DNA of 64,000 bases, taken from the NCBI RefSeq assembly GCF_009914755.1, contig NC_060926.1. One strand, 5' to 3'. Positions 56,961-64,000 of this stretch are shown here, in pieces (positions within the stretch are counted from its first letter, which is position 1; each line of letters opens with the position of its first letter). The notes under the pieces are model-generated. The model ran no database searches, was not told where the DNA came from, and saw only the letters and a list, made by a program, of their open reading frames with translations. The stretch is from the human T2T-CHM13v2.0 reference genome, Homo sapiens. The translations under genes and the position numbers were made by a program.

Positions 56961-58062
56961 CACCTTCCTATAAAGTTACACATGGCCTCACATGGCCATA
57001 CAACTCGCAGTGCCTCCCAAGGCAGGATGATGTATCCATGCCCCATGGATGTGGCCCTCACCCTCTGCCTTGCTACATACACTACACATGTGAGGAAACA
57101 TGATACATGGGGTCTGAGCAGACTTTTAGGACCCTGTTGCATGGTCTCCACCTCTAATACAGCAGCATGTCTCAAACAGGCAGTGATCTTTTCTTCTTAG
57201 AGTGAAGATGGCAAGTTGAACAGCTCTGCAGGCAGTCTTCAGCCAATGTGCAGCAACATGCCCTAGGTGTGTAAAATGGGAAATTATAAGCCACTAAGAT
57301 TTTGGTGGTTTTGTGCACTTATATGTATATTATGTATTATATTTGCAATATCATCATAATTGATGTATTTCAATTAATATAGCATGCTTATATTTTAATA
57401 GTATATGTTTTATGTTTTTATATATTATATTTATATATTTCTTCTGACCCTGCAGCTTCCTAGTGTTCTCTTCAGGCACCTCTGCATGGGGAAGACACAA
57501 AAGGCACTCAACATGTAGGATGTAACTTCAGAAATGGCATCACTAAAAACAGCAGATTTCAAAAATCAACTCTATCAAATTTCACAGCCCACTTTAATTT
57601 CTTCATCAAGTAACTCTTCCTAGACTACCTCAGTTTTGAGAGATGATTCCTTTCCTCAAGTTCCTGGGATTAAACACACACTGAATCACTTTTGGGCGTC
57701 TTTCATCTTCAACTCTTATCTTTCATTCAGCAATATCACTTTTCCAATTTTCATGCTCTCCCTTCGCAAACCATTGTCTGTCTTTATATTTCCCAAACCA
57801 CTGGCACTTTTTAACAAATGTGATATTGAAATAGAAATTGGATTTGCCTCATACTTTTTTTTTTAATCCCTTCAACATGTGTGCTGATGTAAAACTCTCT
57901 GAAAGTCATGATCTGTCAGTTTTCTTCTTTCTGGGATGTGGAGAGAAATTGTTTCATGATGGGCCTGTGTCCTGGGCACCAGAGATGGTGCTTTTTTGTT
58001 GAATCAGTGAGAATCCTCATCACTTACACCTGGTGGCCTTGTTGTAGGGAGCTTAATTCTTA

Positions 58063-59254
58063 AATGTTTTTTTCTATAGGTTATTGGGGAACAGGTGGGG
58101 GATCCCCTCTTCTTCCTCCCCGTACTACTACAGCTGATGCTTTCTTGAAAGCACCACCTCCTGGCAGTAGGACAATCAGCACAAAAACTGCATTAAGCAG
58201 CCAAAACTAAGGACCCTCACAGAACCCATTTCACCCCCCTGCCATCTCCACCAGAGCAGATGGGCAGGGTCCTAGAACTCGCAAGAGTATATATCATTTG
58301 TCTTCAGTTACCAGGGTGAGTAAGGAAGGACCACTGGGTGTGTGCGGGGCTAAGCATGTCTGAGCTCAGACTCTCCTTGAGTGGGTCTTGCTGCGGCTGC
58401 TGTTGGGATTGGGGTGAGGCTCCCAGGTCAATGGAGTTATGTTCCTAGGAGGATTATGGCTGCCTTTGCTGTGCCATGCAGGTTGTTAGAGAAGTGGAGG
58501 AAAGCCATCAGTCACAGTCCTCACCCAGCTCCCACGCAACCCAAATGGCAGGTCTCACTCCCACCATGCCCCTCATAACAACACCGAGACTGTTTCCAGG
58601 CAGTGGGTAAGCAGGGCTGAAAACTTGCCCTGGGCTACCTGCCTCCCAGCTGTGAAAGCAAGTAGGACTTTTGTTCTTCCCCTGCCTATGGAGTCTGCAC
58701 CTTGGATTCACGCCCTCCCCTGAGTTCTGGCCAGGAGACTTCTCGATTAGTTCAAATTGTTAACAAAGTTCAGCTGGAGGTTTCCTTCTCCCTGTGGCCT
58801 TTCCCCAGTGCTTCTGGCCTCCCTCCCCAAGGACCCCTGTGAGACAGGGCAGAAATCACTTGCTAGGGAACCCTGTGAGCCCACAGGGCTTTTCCCACTG
58901 CCTCCTGTACCCCTGTATTTCACTTGGCTCTCTAAATTGACTCAGCTCCAGGTAAGGTCAGAATCTTCTCCCATAATCTAGAACTTCGGGTTCCCCAGTA
59001 GGTGGGTATGTTCCAGGGTAGACGGTCTCCCTTTCCCACTTCCACAGTCTGGGCACTCTCAGTATTTGGGGTGTCTCCCGAGTCCTGCAGGAGCCATCTG
59101 CTACTGTGGGTTCTCTTGGCTGTCCTAATGTATTCCTGCAGTTGTTCTGGAGCAAAAGTTCACAACGTGAGCCTCCACACACTGCTCAGTACGTCCGAGC
59201 AAGAGCTACAATCTAGTCCTGGCTCCCATCTGCCATGATCCACTGAACCCTCTC
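58063..59254 (-). mobile_element. Internally deleted and inverted L1PB: 5'UTR plus terminal 3' end only
   Basis: 3' end (ttttctataggttattggggaacaggtgg) at 58063-58098; inverted 5'UTR piece ~58103-58262; 5'UTR 58263-59254; TSD gcttaattctta (58051-58062; 59257-59268). Confidence 0.85.
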
Positions 59255-60322
59255 GTGCTTAATTCTTATGAATCACTCCCTTCTTCTTATCACTTTGGCT
59301 TCAGTACGAATCAGCGCAGGTGGTTAAGCTCACAGTCAGGGGTTCCACCATAATTCAAACATTTGGGGTGACATTGTAAGCTTTTGCAGCGCAAGAGATG
59401 CTCAGCACAATATGGATTCATCGTGAATGCCAAACTATAATGGTAATAATAAAATAAGGTTTTAAAGTTTAATTCGACTTCCTAGTTAAGTCAAAATTTG
59501 GATACCCAATGAAAACGATCTAAAAACTATATTGGCCTTTCTGCCCTTATAATCACATTATATTCAAGACAATTGGAATTTTGTTTGAAGACTGACGTTA
59601 TTAAAGGTTTCAGTTTCCAATTAAATAATATTCCACCCAAAGTAGATATATCAATGAATTTATTTTCTTATAATACATTTGTATTAATAGACACAGGGAA
59701 TATATGGCCATTTTAAGCTCGTCTTGATTTAGGTTTTGTTTAATCGAGATTGAGAGATGATTTCACTGTGGCAGCATCTCTTTTTGTCTCCCTATTCTAA
59801 ATTTTGTGTTACAGAAATTATGTTTTTCACACTTTCTTTCTTCACTCTTCCAGCTTGTTTCAATCATTATTCATCCAAAAAAAACCACTTTTCATGAAAA
59901 TACCCCTGAGTAGTACATGCCAGGAGAGAGTTTCAAAATTGGGAGCCATCATAATAAATGCTATGAGGTATGCATCTACTTTGATAGGTGTAACAGTTAT
60001 ACTTTAAACTATAATAGTATTTTAAAATGGAAAATTATTGAAACATATTAGAAACTACAAATGGATCACTGTGGTGGATTTTTTTTCTGTGAAGAACTAA
60101 TAATATATGCAAATGATTTTAGCAGATAAATATGGAACAAAGAAAATGCCCTTTCTGAAATCATTGCAGCTCTGACATTCCCAATATGTTAAGTTCCAAT
60201 TGTGAATAAGCTTTCAGAAACAAAAGTAATTTGCTTAACTAATTAGAACTTTAAAACTCAAAACTTATGCTAAATAGGAGAGCATCCATGGTTTGGCTTA
60301 AAGAAGGAATATGAAAATATGC

Positions 60323-60790
60323 TGTTGAGAGATAATTCTCCATAGGTCTGGTGTTTCTGCACATCCTGTGAACAATGGGTATTGACAACTTTGTTCAAGA
60401 AAGTTCTCAGACACCCTTGGAAAGATAAAAATAATGTCTCAAATCAGAGAGATTTACACACATCTCTGCCCAGAGACATTCCAGGTGAGAAAGTTGGGCC
60501 ATCTCCCTCTCTTCTCCAGAGAAAACTGGCAGTAAGGAAAATGCGTCTTTCTGGAGAGGTGGGGCAGGTTGCCAGCATCCGGCGTGTAATGTATCTAACC
60601 AGGAAGTCTTCAGCTGGGACAGTGTCTGCCAAGGCCCATCTCTGCATCGCCATCATGGGACTTGGAGGGCAAGAGGAACCAATGTGAACTTGAAGCACAT
60701 GTTGCCTGGATGCCCATTTAAGTTCTTTGTTTCTTGACAAGCCAATCTATGGAGGTCCAGCTAGCCAACCCAGCAGCCCCCTGCTTCTAG
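60323..60790 (+). mobile_element. LTR41/LTR40-like ERVL LTR
   Basis: tgttgagagataattctccataggtct...tttctgcacatcctgtga; gaggaaccaatgtgaacttgaagcacatg. Confidence 0.7.
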
Positions 60791-63700
60791 AGACTGACCA
60801 CTGGACACCAACCTGATTCTTCTTAAAAGAATGAGGTCATAGCTATTTGAACGGAAATTTCTGCAACTTTCATATTTATCTGTAGATTAAAATTTTCAGA
60901 AGCTTATAAAATCATAGAACAGCTTATTTATGAAAATAGGCATCCAGGGCATCTCTAAGATTCATAGTAAATCTCATAGTTATTTCAGGCTCATACTCTA
61001 ATTTGCATTTAGAAAATCTGGGTTTCAGTGAGTCCCTGACCACCTTGCTGGAATATTTTGGCTGAATATATGGAGAAACATTGCATGGGAGGTTCAAAAA
61101 GATCTGAACCATCCATGCTAAGCTGATGTGATACGTTTAGGGGTATGACCACATAGCACTAAAATCTCGACTAGATTTAACTGACACCCATCATGACAGC
61201 AGGTGGAAAGCTGACCTTTGCTAGTTCCCTATATCAACTTTGATTTTATACTCAACTTTGATTTTAATTTATAGGTCTTTGGTCCTCAGATATCTACCCT
61301 CCCTGGAATCTCTCCTGCACTTTCCAAGTATTAGCATTCTGAGGTTTTAATGCATAAATGGGACTGCTCAGCAGTATCGGAGTAGCTCTGTAGAAGCACT
61401 GGTGGTGTCAGGGTGCCGGATCTGGACGGTGTCCCCAAGTCAGAGTGGCCATAGTGAGCATGAGCCGCAAGTGACTCTACTACTGGAAAGCCGGTGCCTC
61501 ACACATTGTGTGTCTTTTGGGGGATTTTGGTGTGTCCCCTTTCATTCTACTTTAATTAGAAATAAACTTTGACCTCCATACAACTACAATTTTCTTCACT
61601 TGGCTATGGGCAGAGGCATAAAAAAAATAACAGGAGCATAAGGGCAGAGCAGTACTGTATACAGTAGTTTGAGTGCCTTGAAGAATGAGACATCTGAAGA
61701 CAATTTGTTATAATGCAGCACACATCATATAGAATAACTTAAATATGCTGCTCCTAAAGAAAGCCATATTTAGGCAAACTGTCAGAGTTATCTTTTCCCT
61801 GACAGGCAACAAGTTATCACTAGGGTTTTTAAAGTGCTAGGTGCTGCAATGTAATGGTATCAATTTTTTCCTTACATGCATCTATTTTGTGAAGCAGAAC
61901 AGCAAAATTTTAATAACTCAGTTTCTAATCTTTAGAGCTTAGATATGGGATCCAATCTGCATGTTTTTAGATTGGTTTCTGGCCTCACAAATACTGGACA
62001 ATTCATGAACATTCTACAATAATTGCAAGTTGATTTACCTACTTCCCACCCCAGCCTGCACATTTGCCTGTGCAATGAAGGTGACTGGAAGTAATTTTGT
62101 GCTGAAGAAAAATGTTGTCAACAAAATATGTCATAAGCAAGCTTTTTTCTTTCAAGGTTGTCCTGAAATAGGTAATCGGATTGAAATTTTATTTTAAAGA
62201 AGCAAAATATATTGATCTAAACAAGCTGCATTTTATTAAAAACAAGTTCTCTAAAATCACAATTGGTGCTGTCTTACTGTAAAAAAAAAAATTGAGCTCT
62301 TGGGAATTGTAAACCCAGAGACATAAGCTGTTAAGGGACACTTGGAAATTGTATACTTTTCCTGGAAATGACCATATTTCTGAAAACATCCAGAATTATT
62401 AGGCCATCAGATGTTCCAGGGCTGCCCATGTCTGTCCTTCCTGCATTCCTCCTGGTATCAGTCTCCCTGATGAAGAAGGTTGGTAGATGGTAGAAATGTC
62501 TGAGAAAAGAGTTGAGAGGGTAGGAAAGGTTTGGTGAGAAACCAATCAGCCTAACGCTTTCAGTGGAGCTCAACTTTAGCCTGGACCAATCACGGTGGAA
62601 AGACTTATGTGTGGGCTTCCACTCCGGCTTCAGCTTTTGGCACCGGGTACCTCTGCTTCCATCTTTCAGGTTGTGATTCCTGAATTAAGACAGGCATTTA
62701 TCCTGCCAGTTGTTCTTTCTGTTTGTAGATTTGATTGAATTAAATGGCTGTTTACTGATGTTTAAAGGTAAAAGCTCAGAACAAATGAATGAGAACACAA
62801 GAAGTCCTCCTTCACAAAAAGAAGGACAATGAAAACATTGAAGCACATCGTGACATGACCAGCCTAAAGTATTGACTTAAACATTGTTAGGATTCATTTT
62901 TCAACAACACTGTGAGAGGGGAGGACTGCAGCTAAATTGTTAACCTAAGATGTGGAGCTTGGAACATTGATCTGGAAGCCCAAAGTACTCTGTTCCTCTC
63001 TCGAGTACTCACCCAGCTGTAGACTTCATGCTTGAGTCTTGACGCCACTCACCTTTGGCTGCATTGCACTCCAGGCCACTGCAGAGCCATCGCTAGCACC
63101 CACAGTTGTCAGATGAGTGCTGCCTGGCTGGCCTCTGAGCTGGTTCTGAGTGTGCTTTCACTCTGTCCAGCCACGTCTATCCTGACTCCACTGCTCCTAG
63201 TTGGGACCCACTGCTGCTCTTTTTGACTTGGTATTTGGATCTGGCTTCTCTCAGCTTGGCTTTGAAGACTTTTGCTTGGATTGCACTTCTGTCATGAGTT
63301 CAGAATTCATCAGGTGTTTACTTGCTCCTAGAAACCTGATAGAACCCCCTCTAGCCTAGAGAAAGGTCCTGATAGTTTACTTAGGAAGAATTCAGACAGT
63401 ATCTGCACCCAGACTAGAACAGCCCTGGTGTAATCTCTTAGTAGGATGATGTGATATCCTCCTGCTTCTGTTGTTTTGTGTGTATAGTGAAGATATTCCA
63501 TTTGCGGCTAACACATACCTTGTTGCTATATTCTAACAGTAACTGACAGTGAAAATCTCACCTTCACAATGGAGAATCAAAAATCAAAACAAGGATAACA
63601 ACCAAAAAATCCTAAAACTACCATTTTATCTTGCTTCTAGGATACAGGCATTGTGATTTAGGAATTCCCCCCACGCCCCCCAAAAAAATACACCTGTGTA

Positions 63701-63795
63701 AGACCTTGATTTCAAATGATTTATATGGGAAAAGAGGCCAAATGCAAGAATTTTGTTGGCTGAAATGACAGCATGACAACAAAGGCAATCAGTTC

Positions 63796-64000
63796 TGATA
63801 AGGTTTGGCTGTGTGTCCCCACCCAAATGTCATGTTGAATTATGTTCTTCAGTGTTGGAGAAGGGGTGTGGTGGGAGGTGACTGGATCACCAGGCAGATA
63901 TCCGCCTTGCTGTTCTTATGACAGTGAGTGAGGTCTCATGAGACCTGTTTGTCTGAAAGAGTGTACACTTCCCCCTTTGCCCTCTCTCCTATTCCACCAC
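63796..64000 (+). mobile_element. MSTA/MSTB-like LTR, 5' part; runs off the window
   Basis: tgataaggtttggctgtgtgtccccacccaaat...gtggtgggaggtgactggatca. Confidence 0.9.

Overview
Primate (most likely human) non-coding DNA, intronic or intergenic, AT-rich and dense in interspersed repeats: Alu, L1 of several ages, L2, MIR, MaLR/ERV LTRs, MER5A and MADE1. I find no supportable protein-coding gene; the ORF track is explained by L1/MaLR remnants, Alus or chance. Repeat subfamily names are from my recall of consensus sequences, not a database search. Highlights: (1) an ancient ~430-bp inverted duplication (50750-51179 / 54207-54637) of MIR plus unique DNA, flanking a 3-kb spacer with exon-like splice signals; (2) a 169-nt perfect identity tract between two otherwise ~7% diverged, inverted L1PA copies (probable gene conversion); (3) a 1.2-kb 'mini-L1PB' with both termini and a TSD but no ORFs; (4) a twin-primed L1PA with a ~3-kb gap; (5) an L1-retroposed, polyadenylated ERV-LTR transcript fragment; (6) a 35-nt U2 snRNA retrocopy; (7) a MADE1/miR-548-like hairpin; (8) a cluster of K50-homeodomain and nuclear-receptor motifs.
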